Below are positions 31,316 through 44,684 of a DNA stretch of 64,000 bases, piece after piece. Position numbers and translations under genes: made by a program. Source of the DNA: an uncultured delta proteobacterium (GTDB lineage Bacteria; Myxococcota_A; Polyangia; Fen-1088); contig CAVYGB010000006.1 of NCBI GenBank assembly GCA_963767925.1, forward strand, positions 380,719-444,718, read 5' to 3'. The notes beneath the pieces are model-generated. The model was given only the letters and a program-made list of their open reading frames with translations, was not told the DNA's origin and ran no database searches. Each line of letters begins with the position of its first letter. The first letter of the stretch is position 1.

Positions 31316-32487
31316 GGGGGCGGGTGGCTGGAAGGTCGGGTGGCCGCCTGCGGCGCGGAGCGGGGCTTGAACCGGAGCAGGCGGGCGGCGTTGTCGTAGT
31401 AGATCTTGCGCAGGACCGCCTCGGACAGCCCGACGCCGTCGATCGACCAGCGGCCCTGGATGGGGGTGGGGTGGGGAAACTGCCGGTCGCGGGTCTCGAA
31501 ATAGCGGTAGGTGGCCGAGAAGAACAGCTCCTCGTCCTTCGCGGTGGGGGGATCGGCGCCGTTCGAACCGTACATCATCTCTTCCTGGCTGCCGCCCACC
31601 CCGGTGTCGGTGCCGAAGAGGACCCGATCCTGGTATTTCTCGTAAAAGCGCCGCATCTTGTCGGCGTCGTGGCGCCCGATCTCGGGCACCCGGGCCGCCG
31701 TGTCGACGTAGAGGTTCGGGTACTTGTCGAGCATGCGGGCGACCTGGTCGGGGTCTTCGGGCGCGTTGCCGAAGTGCACGCCGATGAAGGTCGTCTTCGG
31801 GTGGCGGGCCACCCGGTGCTCGAAGGCCTGGTAGAGCTGCTCCCAGGACGGCACCGACGGCTCGCCGTAGAACGACCACTCGGGGTGGGCCTTCAGCTCG
31901 TCGTAGCGTTCGTTCTCGGGGCCGGGCGGCTGCCAGAACGCCTTGGGATCGCCGGTGTGGATGGCGACGGGCATACCCAGGGCGCCCGCCTTCTCGAACA
32001 GGGGGTCCAGGCCGGGATCGTCGACGGGCAGCGGGCGCGACAGGTCGGGGGTGGGGTAGCCCAGGCCGAGGCCCTTGGAGATCTTCAGGCCGACCGCCCC
32101 CTCCTTCTTCGCCTCCTCGAGCTGGCCGGCCAGGAAGCTGCCGTAGTCCTTGTGCAGGCGCACGGCCCGCACGAAGTCCACGTTGGCGAACACGGCGATC
32201 CGGCCCCGCGCGCGCGCCGCCGCCTGCAGCTGGGTCTCCAGCATCCGCCGGGGCGGGCCCGGATACATGCCCGACAGGTTCACCACTCCGTCGATCCCCC
32301 AGCGGTCCATGAGGGCCAGGGCGCGGTCGATGCCGTCGGGCCCGATGTGGGTGTGCACGTCGATGCGGCGAAAGCGGGCCCCCGGGGGCGGCGGGCCGTC
32401 GCTCTTGCGGCAGGCGGGCGCGCCCAGCGCCGCGAGGCCAGCGGCCGCGGCCAGCAACCAACCGCCTGGCGCCGATCTGCGACCCAC
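31312..32487 (-). CDS. Amidohydrolase-2 family protein, probable lipoprotein
   Basis: IDVHTH, GLKISK, IHTGDP, VHFG, YVDTAAR and LFGTD motifs; hydrophobic leader ending GAPAC. Start is inferred. Confidence 0.85.
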   Translation of the reverse strand: MGRRSAPGGWLLAAAAGLAALGAPACRKSDGPPPPGARFRRIDVHTHIGPDGIDRALALMDRWGIDGVVNLSGMYPGPPRRMLETQLQAAARARGRIAVFANVDFVRAVRLHKDYGSFLAGQLEEAKKEGAVGLKISKGLGLGYPTPDLSRPLPVDDPGLDPLFEKAGALGMPVAIHTGDPKAFWQPPGPENERYDELKAHPEWSFYGEPSVPSWEQLYQAFEHRVARHPKTTFIGVHFGNAPEDPDQVARMLDKYPNLYVDTAARVPEIGRHDADKMRRFYEKYQDRVLFGTDTGVGGSQEEMMYGSNGADPPTAKDEELFFSATYRYFETRDRQFPHPTPIQGRWSIDGVGLSEAVLRKIYYDNAARLLRFKPRSAPQAATRPSSHPPP

Positions 32488-32495
32488 CAAGGGTC

Positions 32496-35213
32496 CTACT
32501 GCGGAGAGGTGGAGCCGCCCGCGGACGGCTCGGCGAAGGGGTTCGTCTTGCGATCGGGCTCGATCGGCGGGGGACCGACGGCTGGAGGATCCGAGGTCGG
32601 CACCGAGGGATCGGCGCCCCGGGTCGGCGACACCGGGCCGGGCACTTCGGGCGCGGTGGGCGGCCCCGCGGCCGGGGTCAGCTTCGCCACCACGGTCAAG
32701 GTGCGCACGTTGCCCCGCTTGGTCCACACGTCGGAGGTGCTCAAGGTGCGATCGTGCGGCTCGAACCCGGCCCGGCGCACGGTCAACGCGTAGCTGCGGG
32801 TGGGATCGAAGATCCGCCGCACGAAGGGCGTCTGCCCCTCCACCTGACCGTCGATCAGCACGTCGGCGCCCGACGGGATGGACCGCACCGTGAGCCAGAA
32901 GACGTCCTCCGCCCCCTCCCCCTGGACAGCGGCCGGCGGGCTGGCCGGGGCAGCGGCCTTGGGCTCGACCTCGGCGGGCGGCGCGGGGGCGGGCGCCGCC
33001 GCAGCCGGCTCGGCCCGCTCACGGGCGTCGGCGGCCGCGATGACCTCGCGCACCGAGCGCCCCCGGAGGGGTCGGCCCCCGGGGCCCCTGGCGCCCGGGC
33101 GCAGCCCGGGACCCTTCTCCGCCGCGGCAGCCGCCGGGGCTGGCGCCGCCTCTTTCACTGCTCCTGCTGCTGCCGCTGCCGGGGCGCTGCCGGGGGCAGT
33201 CGCCGGGGGCGGGGTGGCCGGAGCGGCGGCCGGCGGCGTCGCGGCCTGCTTGGCGGCCTCGGCGGCGGGCGGCGGGGTCTCCTTGGCCGTCTCCTTTACC
33301 GACTCTATTGCCGCCTCGGCGGGGCTCGCCGCCTGGGCACTCTCGGCCGCGGGCGCGCTGGACGGCTCGGTCGGAGCCGCTGCCTGGGGAGTGGGGGCCG
33401 TGGCGGGGCGCAGCAGCGCCGGCAGCAGCAGCAGCGCCGCGGCGACGATGCCGCCGGCCGCCAAGGTGAGGGCCACCCACATCTTGACCGAGGCGAAGCG
33501 GCCGCCCGCCCCCTCTTCCTCGGGCGGCTCGGCCATTTTCCGGGCGGCAGGATCGCCCGACGGCACCGGCCAGGCCGGCGTCATCGGCTGGCCCGGATGG
33601 GAATCGAGCGCCCCCACGGCGGGCAGCGCGGGCGCCGTCGACATGCTCTCCAGCGTCCCGGGGCCCCAGCGGCCGTCACCCGTGATCGGCGGAGTGGGCG
33701 CCCGCGACGGGAAGGGCTCGCGCGGGAAGGGGTCCCGGTCGGGCGTCGCCAGCGACGGGGCCGACGGGAAGGGCGAGGGGACCCCATATGGGGTGGAGGT
33801 GGCCCCGGGCAGGGGCGGCGGGCGCCAGCCCGCGTTCGGGTCGGACGGCATCCGCTCGGTGTTCGTCGTCGACAGGATGAGCGGGTTGGCGTCGGTCAGG
33901 CGGTTGTCGCCGGTCGCCTGGGGTGGCGGCGCCTTGATCTCGCGCGTCGCCCCCAGGGGCTGGCCCCCATAGCTGTACTGGGTCGGGGGCGTACGGCGCT
34001 CGGGGCGGTTGGTCCGGGAAGGGGGAGGAACCGTCCAGTCGTTGCTGGGCGCCGCGGCGGGCGGCATGGTCGGGAACTGGCTGGGGGTCTGGGCGGGCGT
34101 GAAACCCCGCAGCGGCGGCGTCGGCTCGGGCGCCCGGGGCTGGGTGGTGCGGGCGGCAGCCCCGCTGTACAGGGAGGCCGACGCGCGCACGTTGGTGACG
34201 TCGTCGTCGTCGCCGTAGTCGCCGCCCCCGTTGGTCCCCAGGTTGGACGCCTCGGTGTCGTCGACGGCGATCTCCTCGCTGACCGCGGCCTCGTCGTCTT
34301 CGTGCTCGACATCGTCGTAGGCCTCGGCCTCGATCTCCGCTTCGTCCGCGGCGACGGCGTCCTGGAGATCCTGGTCGTCGTCCCCGTCGTCCTCCTCGAG
34401 GTCCGCGTCGTCGAGGAGCTGCTGCTGCTGCAGCAGGGCCGCGCTGGCCCGGGGATCCTGCAGCCGCGTCTGCTCCTGATCCGACTCCCCGCCGCCCTCG
34501 TAAAAGAAGCTCGGCGGCAGGCTGGCCAGCTCGGTCGGCTCGGCGTCCTCCTCGACGAAGGCGTTGCGCATCGACCGCACCGGAGTGCCCGGGCTGGTGG
34601 GCGCGCTGGCCAGCGCCGAGGGGGCGGGGGCCGGCAGCCGCGCGGCGGGCGCGGTCGGCACCGCCGCCGCCGGCACCGTCGGCACTGGCATGGTGCCCGA
34701 GACGCGGCTCGACCGGGGCGCCGCCGCCTTCTCGGGCGGGCTGGCGATCGCCACCGGCCTGGACTCCTGCCGCGCGCGCGGCGGCTCCCGCACCTCCACC
34801 CGCGACTCGGATCGCGGCTCGGGCAGCGGAGGGCCGCGATCGGCCGTCGCGTGGGGGAAGGCGGGCTGGTGATTCGCCAGGCGCGCCTTGGCCTCGAGGA
34901 TGCGGGCGAGCATCGTCCGGCTGGGGGCGTTGAGCGCCTCGAAGCGGATGCCCATGCCCGAGGGCGCCTCGCGCGTCAGCTCAGGCCCACGGGTCCAGGC
35001 CACCGACCCACGCCCGACGATGAGCACGCTCCCGTCGTTCAGGCTCAGATCGAGGGCGAGCATCGTCCCGACCGGGAGCGGGTCTCGCGTCCGGATGAAG
35101 ATCTCGTTTTGAGTCAGGTCGGCGGCATAACGTTCGGTAAATTTCTCGAGCGTCTCGCTCTTGAATCTGATCCGAAGAGTTATGACGTCTTCCGTGCTTG
35201 ACGCCTCTGCCAT
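32496..35213 (-). CDS. TIGR02266/PilZ-like N-terminal domain, Pro/acidic linker, TM helix, C-terminal PEGA domain
   Basis: LRIRFK...DLTQNEIFIRTRDPLPVGT...VAW...GMGIRF; TM segment WVALTLAAGGIVAAALLLL; VRSIPSGADVLIDG...GQTP. Confidence 0.75.
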   Translation of the reverse strand: MAEASSTEDVITLRIRFKSETLEKFTERYAADLTQNEIFIRTRDPLPVGTMLALDLSLNDGSVLIVGRGSVAWTRGPELTREAPSGMGIRFEALNAPSRTMLARILEAKARLANHQPAFPHATADRGPPLPEPRSESRVEVREPPRARQESRPVAIASPPEKAAAPRSSRVSGTMPVPTVPAAAVPTAPAARLPAPAPSALASAPTSPGTPVRSMRNAFVEEDAEPTELASLPPSFFYEGGGESDQEQTRLQDPRASAALLQQQQLLDDADLEEDDGDDDQDLQDAVAADEAEIEAEAYDDVEHEDDEAAVSEEIAVDDTEASNLGTNGGGDYGDDDDVTNVRASASLYSGAAARTTQPRAPEPTPPLRGFTPAQTPSQFPTMPPAAAPSNDWTVPPPSRTNRPERRTPPTQYSYGGQPLGATREIKAPPPQATGDNRLTDANPLILSTTNTERMPSDPNAGWRPPPLPGATSTPYGVPSPFPSAPSLATPDRDPFPREPFPSRAPTPPITGDGRWGPGTLESMSTAPALPAVGALDSHPGQPMTPAWPVPSGDPAARKMAEPPEEEGAGGRFASVKMWVALTLAAGGIVAAALLLLPALLRPATAPTPQAAAPTEPSSAPAAESAQAASPAEAAIESVKETAKETPPPAAEAAKQAATPPAAAPATPPPATAPGSAPAAAAAGAVKEAAPAPAAAAAEKGPGLRPGARGPGGRPLRGRSVREVIAAADARERAEPAAAAPAPAPPAEVEPKAAAPASPPAAVQGEGAEDVFWLTVRSIPSGADVLIDGQVEGQTPFVRRIFDPTRSYALTVRRAGFEPHDRTLSTSDVWTKRGNVRTLTVVAKLTPAAGPPTAPEVPGPVSPTRGADPSVPTSDPPAVGPPPIEPDRKTNPFAEPSAGGSTSPQ

Positions 35214-35254
35214 CTCGGTTTTCCCTAAAGGCCTCAAAGGCTCCGGACGCAATC

Positions 35255-37030
35255 GTGAGATATACGCCCTGCTCCCCGCGACTTCAATTAATCTCGTCAC
35301 AGGGAGACGCACACGCCGGAGGGCGTGCGCGTCCGGGACGGGTTCTCGCGCTCGCGCTTGTCGCGGCGCTCCTAACCGCCCGGGCCCCCGTCGCTGGCGC
35401 GGCGACCCCACCTCCGCTGCGCGCACAGCACGCCGCCGTGGCCTCGGATCACACCGCCGCCTCCGCCGCGGGCGTCGAGCTCCTGCGCGCCGGCGGTAAC
35501 GCCGTTGACGCCGCCTGCGCCACCGCGCTGGCCCTCGGGGTGGTCAACCCGCACGCCTCGGGGATCGGCGGCGGCGGCTTCGCCATCGTCTACCTGGCGA
35601 AGGAGAAAAAGACCCACGTCCTCGACTTCCGCGAGCAGGCCCCCGCCGCCATCCGCAGCGAGCTGTACTTCAAGGACGGCAAGCCGGCGCGCGAGCTCAT
35701 CCAGCGCGGCGGGCTCGCCGTCGGCGTGCCCGGAGAGGTGCGAGGCCTGGCCGAGCTGGTGCGTCGCCACGGCCGCCGGCCGTTTTCGGCCTGTGTGCGC
35801 CCGGCCGAGCGGCTGGCCCACCGCTTTTCCGCCTCGTCCCGGCTGGCCCAGGTTGTCGCGGCGCCCGAAAATCAGGCGCCCGACCGGCAGGCCTTCCTCC
35901 ACCAAATCTTCACGTTCAAGCAGCCGCTGCGCGCCGGCGACACCGTCCGCCGCCCGGCCCTGGCCGCCACCCTGCGACAGCTCCGCACCTCCGGCCCCGA
36001 GGCGTTCTATCGGGGCCCGATCGCCCGCGAGATCCTCGCCGCCGTGAAGGCGAGCGGCGGCGTGTTGAGCGCCGACGACCTCGAGCACTACACCGTCATC
36101 GATCGCCAGGCCATCGAGACCGACTACCGCGGCTACCGCGTGCTGTCGATGCCCCCGCCCTCCTCGGGCGGGATCGTGATCGCCGAGGCGCTGGGCGTCC
36201 TGTCGCAGCGGGTGCCCGACCCCAAGCAATTCGCGCGTGGGTCGAGCGCGTACATCCACCTCCTGGCCGAGACGCTGAAACACGGGTTCGCCGATCGGGC
36301 GCGCCTGCTGGGCGACGCCGACTACGTGAAGGTGCCGCTCGACAAGCTGCTCGATCCCGCCTACCACCGCGAGCTGGCCGGGCGGATCGACGCCGAGAAG
36401 GTCCTGCCCGCCGAGAAGTACGGTATGGGGGGCGGCAGCCCACCTCCTCCGAGGCCCGGCGGCACCGCCCACCTCTCGGTGATCGACGCCGAGGGGAACG
36501 CGGTGGCGCTGACCACCACGGTCAACACCTGGTTCGGGGCCCACCTGCTCGCCGGCCGCACCGGCATCGTCCTCAACAACCAGATGGACGACTTTTCCAT
36601 CGCCGCCAACACCCCCAACGCGTTCGGGCTCGTCGGCAGCGCCCAGAACGCGGTGGCCCCCGGCAAGCGGCCGCTGTCGTCGATGTCCCCCACCGTGGTC
36701 CTGCGCGACGGCGCCGTGAAGATGGTGGTGGGGGGCGCCGGCGGGCCCACCATCATCACCGGCACCCTGCAGGTGCTGCTCAACGTGCTCGACCATGGCC
36801 TCGACGCGCAAGCGGCCAGCGCCGCCCCCCGCATGCACCACCAGTGGGTGCCGGAGGTCCTGGCGCTCGAGCGCGACATCCCCCGCGACGTGGTCGAGGC
36901 CCTCGAGGGCCGGGGCCACAAGGTCGAGGCCCGCGACACCCTCGCCACCGTGAACGTCATCGTGCGGACCGATCAGGGCCTGGAGGCGGCCGCCGAATTC
37001 CGCAGCGGCGGCGGCCCCGCCGGCTACTGA
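35255..37030 (+). CDS. ggt: Gamma-glutamyltransferase
   Basis: GGNAVDAA, SGIGGGGF, DFRE, PPPSSGG, catalytic TAHLSVID, LNNQMDDF, PGKRPLSSMSP. Start is uncertain. Confidence 0.93.
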   Translation: MRYTPCSPRLQLISSQGDAHAGGRARPGRVLALALVAALLTARAPVAGAATPPPLRAQHAAVASDHTAASAAGVELLRAGGNAVDAACATALALGVVNPHASGIGGGGFAIVYLAKEKKTHVLDFREQAPAAIRSELYFKDGKPARELIQRGGLAVGVPGEVRGLAELVRRHGRRPFSACVRPAERLAHRFSASSRLAQVVAAPENQAPDRQAFLHQIFTFKQPLRAGDTVRRPALAATLRQLRTSGPEAFYRGPIAREILAAVKASGGVLSADDLEHYTVIDRQAIETDYRGYRVLSMPPPSSGGIVIAEALGVLSQRVPDPKQFARGSSAYIHLLAETLKHGFADRARLLGDADYVKVPLDKLLDPAYHRELAGRIDAEKVLPAEKYGMGGGSPPPPRPGGTAHLSVIDAEGNAVALTTTVNTWFGAHLLAGRTGIVLNNQMDDFSIAANTPNAFGLVGSAQNAVAPGKRPLSSMSPTVVLRDGAVKMVVGGAGGPTIITGTLQVLLNVLDHGLDAQAASAAPRMHHQWVPEVLALERDIPRDVVEALEGRGHKVEARDTLATVNVIVRTDQGLEAAAEFRSGGGPAGY

Positions 37031-37048
37031 GCGCGGTACTCTGGGACG

Positions 37049-38566
37049 ATGTCCGGAAGACCGATCCGCAAGATCCTCATCGCCAACCGGGGCGAGATCG
37101 CCTGCCGGGTGATCCGGGCCTGCCGGGAGATGCAGATCGCCACGGTGGCGGTGTTCTCGGAGGCCGACCGGGACGGGCTGCACGTGCGCCTGGCCGACGA
37201 GGCCATCCCCATCGGCCCGCCCCCGGCGCGCGACAGCTACCTGCGGGCCGAGAAGATCCTCGAGGCCGCCGCCCGCACGGGGGCCGACGCCGTCCACCCC
37301 GGCTACGGCTTCCTCTCGGAGAACGCCGAGTTCGCCGAGGCCTGCGCGGCCGCCGGCCTGACCTTCATCGGCCCTCCGCCGAGCGCCATCCGGGCCATGG
37401 GCGGCAAGACCTCGGCCCGCGCGCTGATGCAGGCCGCTGGCGTCCCGGTGGTGCCCGGAGACAACGGCAAGGACGGCAAGGGCTTCGCCTCGCTGGCCGA
37501 GGCCCGGACGGCCGCCGCCCGCATCGGTTACCCGGTCATGCTGAAGGCGGCCGCCGGCGGCGGCGGGCGCGGCATGCGCCTGGTCGACGAGGAGACCAAG
37601 CTGGAGGCCGCCCTGACCGGCGCCCAGCGCGAGTCCAAGGCCGCCTTCGGCGACGACACCATCTACCTGGAGAAGGCGGTGGTACGCGCGCGCCACATCG
37701 AGATCCAGGTGTTCGGCGACCAGCAGGGCAACGTCGTCCACCTCTTCGAGCGGGACTGCTCGGTCCAGCGCCGCAACCAGAAGGTGATCGAGGAGGCCCC
37801 CTCGCCCGCCATCGACGAGGGCCTGCGCGCGGCGATGGGCGAGGTGGCGGTGCGCGCCGCCCGCTCGGTCGGCTACGTGGGGGCCGGCACCATCGAGATG
37901 CTGTTCGACCAGGCCTCGAAGAGCTTTTACTTCCTGGAGATGAACACCCGCCTGCAGGTCGAGCACCCGGTGACCGAGCTCATCACCGGGGTCGACCTCG
38001 TGCGCTGGCAGATCCTGGTGGCGGGCGGCGCGCCCCTGCCGCTGACCCAGGAGCAGCTCTCCCGGCGGGGCGCGGCCATCGAGTGCCGGGTGTACGCCGA
38101 AGACGCGGTGAAGTTCCTCCCCTCGCCCGGCACCATCACCAGCTTGCGGGTGCCGGCGGGCCCGGGGGTGCGCGACGACTCGGGCGTCTTCGCGGGCAGC
38201 GTGATCTCGGTCTACTACGACCCGATGATCTCCAAGCTGTGCGTCTGGGCGGCGGATCGGCCGGCGGCCATCGATCGCATGCGCCGCGCGCTCGACGAGT
38301 ACCATGTCGGTGGCATCCGCACCAACCTCGCCTTCCACCGGCGGGTCATGCGCCACCCCGCCTTCCTGGCGGGCGACTACGACACCGGCTACATCGAGCG
38401 CCACAAGGCCGACCTCCTGCAGCCCGCCGCCCCTTCTGCCCAGACCCTCGACGACGCCGCCATCGCCGCCGCCATCCACGCCAGCCGCTCGGCCCCGGCG
38501 CCGGCCCGCTCCGGGTCGGGTGGACAAGAGATCTCCGCCTGGCGCCGCGAGCTGCTATATCGCTAG
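37049..38566 (+). CDS. accC: Biotin carboxylase subunit of an acyl-CoA carboxylase
   Basis: ILIANRGEIA, HPGYGFLSEN, GGGGRGM, ERDCSVQRR, EMNTRLQVEH, YYDPMISK. Confidence 0.93.
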   Translation: MSGRPIRKILIANRGEIACRVIRACREMQIATVAVFSEADRDGLHVRLADEAIPIGPPPARDSYLRAEKILEAAARTGADAVHPGYGFLSENAEFAEACAAAGLTFIGPPPSAIRAMGGKTSARALMQAAGVPVVPGDNGKDGKGFASLAEARTAAARIGYPVMLKAAAGGGGRGMRLVDEETKLEAALTGAQRESKAAFGDDTIYLEKAVVRARHIEIQVFGDQQGNVVHLFERDCSVQRRNQKVIEEAPSPAIDEGLRAAMGEVAVRAARSVGYVGAGTIEMLFDQASKSFYFLEMNTRLQVEHPVTELITGVDLVRWQILVAGGAPLPLTQEQLSRRGAAIECRVYAEDAVKFLPSPGTITSLRVPAGPGVRDDSGVFAGSVISVYYDPMISKLCVWAADRPAAIDRMRRALDEYHVGGIRTNLAFHRRVMRHPAFLAGDYDTGYIERHKADLLQPAAPSAQTLDDAAIAAAIHASRSAPAPARSGSGGQEISAWRRELLYR

Positions 38567-38590
38567 CCGCGGGGAGCACCCCGCTTCCCG

Positions 38591-38869
38591 ATGTCCGACG
38601 TCGAACCACCTCTGCCGGAATCGTCCCCGCCGGCGCCACCCCCCCCACCTCCGGCCGAGCTCGAGCCGGCGCTGGCGCTGTTCGAGCGCGGTGACTTTCT
38701 GGCAACCCGCCGGACCCTCCAGGCGCTCCTCGGTGAAAACCCGCGGCCCGAGGTCGCAGCGGCGGCGCGCGCGCTGCTGGGTCGCCTCGAGCCCGACCCC
38801 TGGGCGGTCCGGGCGGGCGTGATCGCGCTCGCCCTGCTGGCGCTCATGACTGGTATTTACGTATTCTAA
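38591..38869 (+). CDS. Small hypothetical protein with C-terminal TM helix
   Basis: ORF between accC and the atp operon; FERGDF helix and hydrophobic C-terminus. Confidence 0.6.
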   Translation: MSDVEPPLPESSPPAPPPPPPAELEPALALFERGDFLATRRTLQALLGENPRPEVAAAARALLGRLEPDPWAVRAGVIALALLALMTGIYVF

Positions 38870-38983
38870 GCGCGTGGTGGGCGGGGCGACCTTGCAGGTT
38901 CCGGGCCGCATGGGCTCCGATGTCGGTGCGCTTGGCTTGACGCCCGCCCGGCAATTTGGTACGCGAACGCCGGGCCGATCCTC

Positions 38984-39484
38984 ATGATGAATGCAACGTC
39001 CATGTACCTGGCGCTCGCGCAGGCGACCGCCCCGCAATCCGAGGAGCAGCAGCTCCTGGACGTCGATGGCACGTTGTTCGTCCAGTTCGGGCTGTTCCTC
39101 CTGTGCATGTTCGTGCTGACCCAGTTCCTCTGGAAGCCGTACCTCGAGGTGCGGTCCGAGCGGGTCGGCCGGGTCGAGGGCTACAAGGAAGAGGCCCGCC
39201 GTCTGGAGAACGAGGCCGCCGCCCGCCTGACCCGGGTGGAGGCCGAGCTGGCCGAGGCCCGCCGGGCCGGCAGCCAGGAGCGCGCCCGCGTCCGCAGCGA
39301 GGCGGTCGCCCGCGAGCAGAAGATCCTGGCCGGGGCCCAGGCCCAGGCCCAGGCGAGCCTCGGCGAGGCCCGCGCCCGCATCGAGGCGGCGATGGCCAAG
39401 GAACGGACCTCGATGGCCACCCGGGCCGAGGCCCTCGGGCTCGAGGCGGCGGAACGGGTCCTGGGCCGGAGGATCGCAGCATGA
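38984..39484 (+). CDS. atpF: ATP synthase F0 subunit b'
   Basis: DGTLFVQFGLF...FLWKP TM followed by a coiled coil; first gene of the atp operon. Confidence 0.88.
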   Translation: MMNATSMYLALAQATAPQSEEQQLLDVDGTLFVQFGLFLLCMFVLTQFLWKPYLEVRSERVGRVEGYKEEARRLENEAAARLTRVEAELAEARRAGSQERARVRSEAVAREQKILAGAQAQAQASLGEARARIEAAMAKERTSMATRAEALGLEAAERVLGRRIAA

Positions 39485-40167
39485 ACCTCATCAAGCGAAG
39501 CGCGCGGCACCTGATGCTCGTCGTCTGCCTGCAGGGCGCGCCGGTGGCGCTGGCCGCCGAGCCGGGCGGGGAGCACGGCGCCTCGGGGGAGCACGACCCC
39601 CACCACGCCCCGTTCGACCCCAAGCGGTTCGCCTTCCAGCTCATCAACTTCGGCCTGCTGGTGGCCATCCTCGGCTTCTTCGGGGGCAAGGCCATAAACC
39701 GCGCCCTGGCCGCCCGCCACGAGCAGCTCAAGCGCGACCTGGAGGAGGCCCTGCAGTCCCGCGCCGCGGCCGAGGCCCGCCTCAAGCAGCAGGAGCGGCG
39801 GCTGGGCAACCTGGAGAAGGAAGTCTCGGCCCTGCGCGCTTCAATAAAGGAAGAGGCCATCATCGAGGAGACCCGCCTGGTGGCGGCCGCCGAGGAGAAG
39901 GCCAAGCGCATCCAGGAAGAGACGAAGTTCCTCATGGACCAGGAGGTCAAGCAGGCCGAGATCCGCTTCCGCGAGGAGGTGGCGGCCCAGGCCGTGCGCA
40001 TCGCCGAGGAGGTGGTGCTCCGCTCGGTGATGCCCGAGGACGACAAGCGGCTCAACCAGACCTTCGTCGCCGACGTCGAGGGCGGGGGCAAGGTGGTCAC
40101 CACCCCGGGCAGCGGCGGCGGCAGCAAGGTGCTGACCGACCGGCCCAGCAACGAGGCGATCTCCTGA
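39481..40167 (+). CDS. atpF: ATP synthase F0 subunit b
   Basis: ATG at 39481; QLINFGLLVAIL TM followed by a coiled coil. Confidence 0.88.
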   Translation: MNLIKRSARHLMLVVCLQGAPVALAAEPGGEHGASGEHDPHHAPFDPKRFAFQLINFGLLVAILGFFGGKAINRALAARHEQLKRDLEEALQSRAAAEARLKQQERRLGNLEKEVSALRASIKEEAIIEETRLVAAAEEKAKRIQEETKFLMDQEVKQAEIRFREEVAAQAVRIAEEVVLRSVMPEDDKRLNQTFVADVEGGGKVVTTPGSGGGSKVLTDRPSNEAIS

Positions 40168-40712
40168 TGGCCGCCTCCGACGGCGCCGTCGCCACCCGCT
40201 ACGCCCGGGCCCTGTTCGAGCTGGCCACCGAGAAGAAGCTCTCGGACGGCCTGGGGGCCGAGCTCGAGGCCCTGGCCGACGTGTACGCCGGCTCGCCCGA
40301 GCTGCGGCAGACCCTGGAGAACCCGGTGTTCAGGCTCAGCGAGCGGCGGGCGGTGCTCGAGAAGCTGCTGCCTCGCCTGGCCCCCAGCGGCCAGCTGCGC
40401 GGCTTCGCCCTGCTGCTGCTCGAGCGGGGGCGCATCGGCACCCTCCCTGCCATCGCCCGGGCCTACCGGCTGATGGGCGACGAGGCGGCCGGACGGGTGC
40501 GGGCGGTCGTGACCTCCGCCCGCCCCCTCGACCCCGCCACCCAGGCCGCCGTGCAGCGGGCCCTGGAGAAGCGGGTCGGCAAGAAGGTCCTCATCTCCGC
40601 CACCGTCGACCCCAGCCTCATCGGCGGCATCGTCGCCCGGGTGGGGGATCTGGTGTTCGACGGCAGCCTGCGCTCGCGGCTCGATACGCTGCGGGCCCGC
40701 GTGCTCAACTGA
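40167..40712 (+). CDS. atpH: ATP synthase F1 delta subunit
   Basis: VATRYARALF, VDPSLIGG...DGSL. Confidence 0.95.
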   Translation: MAASDGAVATRYARALFELATEKKLSDGLGAELEALADVYAGSPELRQTLENPVFRLSERRAVLEKLLPRLAPSGQLRGFALLLLERGRIGTLPAIARAYRLMGDEAAGRVRAVVTSARPLDPATQAAVQRALEKRVGKKVLISATVDPSLIGGIVARVGDLVFDGSLRSRLDTLRARVLN

Positions 40713-40756
40713 GCTTCTGAGCTTTCAGTCCCCCCGGACCCATCGAGGAAACCAAG

Positions 40757-42288
<1,532 letters not shown>

Positions 42289-42311
42289 CCGATCCCTAGC
42301 CGAGCCCCCGC

Positions 42312-43178
42312 ATGCCCTCACTCAAGGCAGTTCGCCTCCGGATCGCGTCGGTCAAGTCGACGCAGAAGATCACCCGCGCCATGAAGCTGGTGGCGGCGGC
42401 CAAGCTGCGCCGGGCCCAGGACGCCATCCTGGCCGCCCGGCCCTACTCCGACGCCCTCGGTGAGGCGGTGGCCGAGCTGGCCGCCCGGGCGGGCGACACC
42501 GCCCACCCGATGCTGCACCACCGGGAGATCAAGCGCATCGAGCTCATCACCCTCACCTCCGACCGGGGGCTGTGCGGCGGCTTCAACGCCAACGTCGGCC
42601 GCGCTGCCGAACGTTTCCTGACCGAGCACAAGGCCGGCGATGTCAGCGTGCGGATGGTGACGGTGGGGCGCAAGGGTCGGGAATATGCCCGCCGGCGCAA
42701 GATGGACATCGCCCACGAGCTGACCGGCCCCAGCGGGCCCACCGCCCAGGCCCGAGCCCGGGAGGTCGCCCTCACGGCGACCGACGACTTCGGGGAGGGG
42801 CGCTGCGACGCGGTCTACCTGGCCTACAACGAGTTCAAGTCGGCGGTCTCGCAGAAGGTGGTGATCGTGCCCCTGCTGCCCATCGCCGCCGCGCCCGTGA
42901 CCCCCGAGTCGGGGGCCATCGACTTCCTCTACGAGCCCAGCAAGAAGGATCTGCTGTCGCTCCTGCTGCCCCTCTACATCGAAAATCGCATCTACCGCGC
43001 CATGCTCGAATCGATCGCCTCGGAGTTCGGGGCCAAGATGAGCGCGATGGAGAACGCCACCCGGTCGGCGAGCGAGATGATCGATCGCCTCACGTTGCAA
43101 TACAACCGCGCCCGCCAGGCCTCCATCACCAAGGAGCTGATGGAGATCGTGGGCGGCGCCGAAGCCCTCAAGGGCTGA
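42312..43178 (+). CDS. atpG: ATP synthase F1 gamma subunit
   Basis: KITRAMKLVAAAK, SDRGLCG, YNRARQASITKEL. Confidence 0.97.
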   Translation: MPSLKAVRLRIASVKSTQKITRAMKLVAAAKLRRAQDAILAARPYSDALGEAVAELAARAGDTAHPMLHHREIKRIELITLTSDRGLCGGFNANVGRAAERFLTEHKAGDVSVRMVTVGRKGREYARRRKMDIAHELTGPSGPTAQARAREVALTATDDFGEGRCDAVYLAYNEFKSAVSQKVVIVPLLPIAAAPVTPESGAIDFLYEPSKKDLLSLLLPLYIENRIYRAMLESIASEFGAKMSAMENATRSASEMIDRLTLQYNRARQASITKELMEIVGGAEALKG

Positions 43179-44683
<1,505 letters not shown>

Positions 44684-44684
<1 letters not shown>

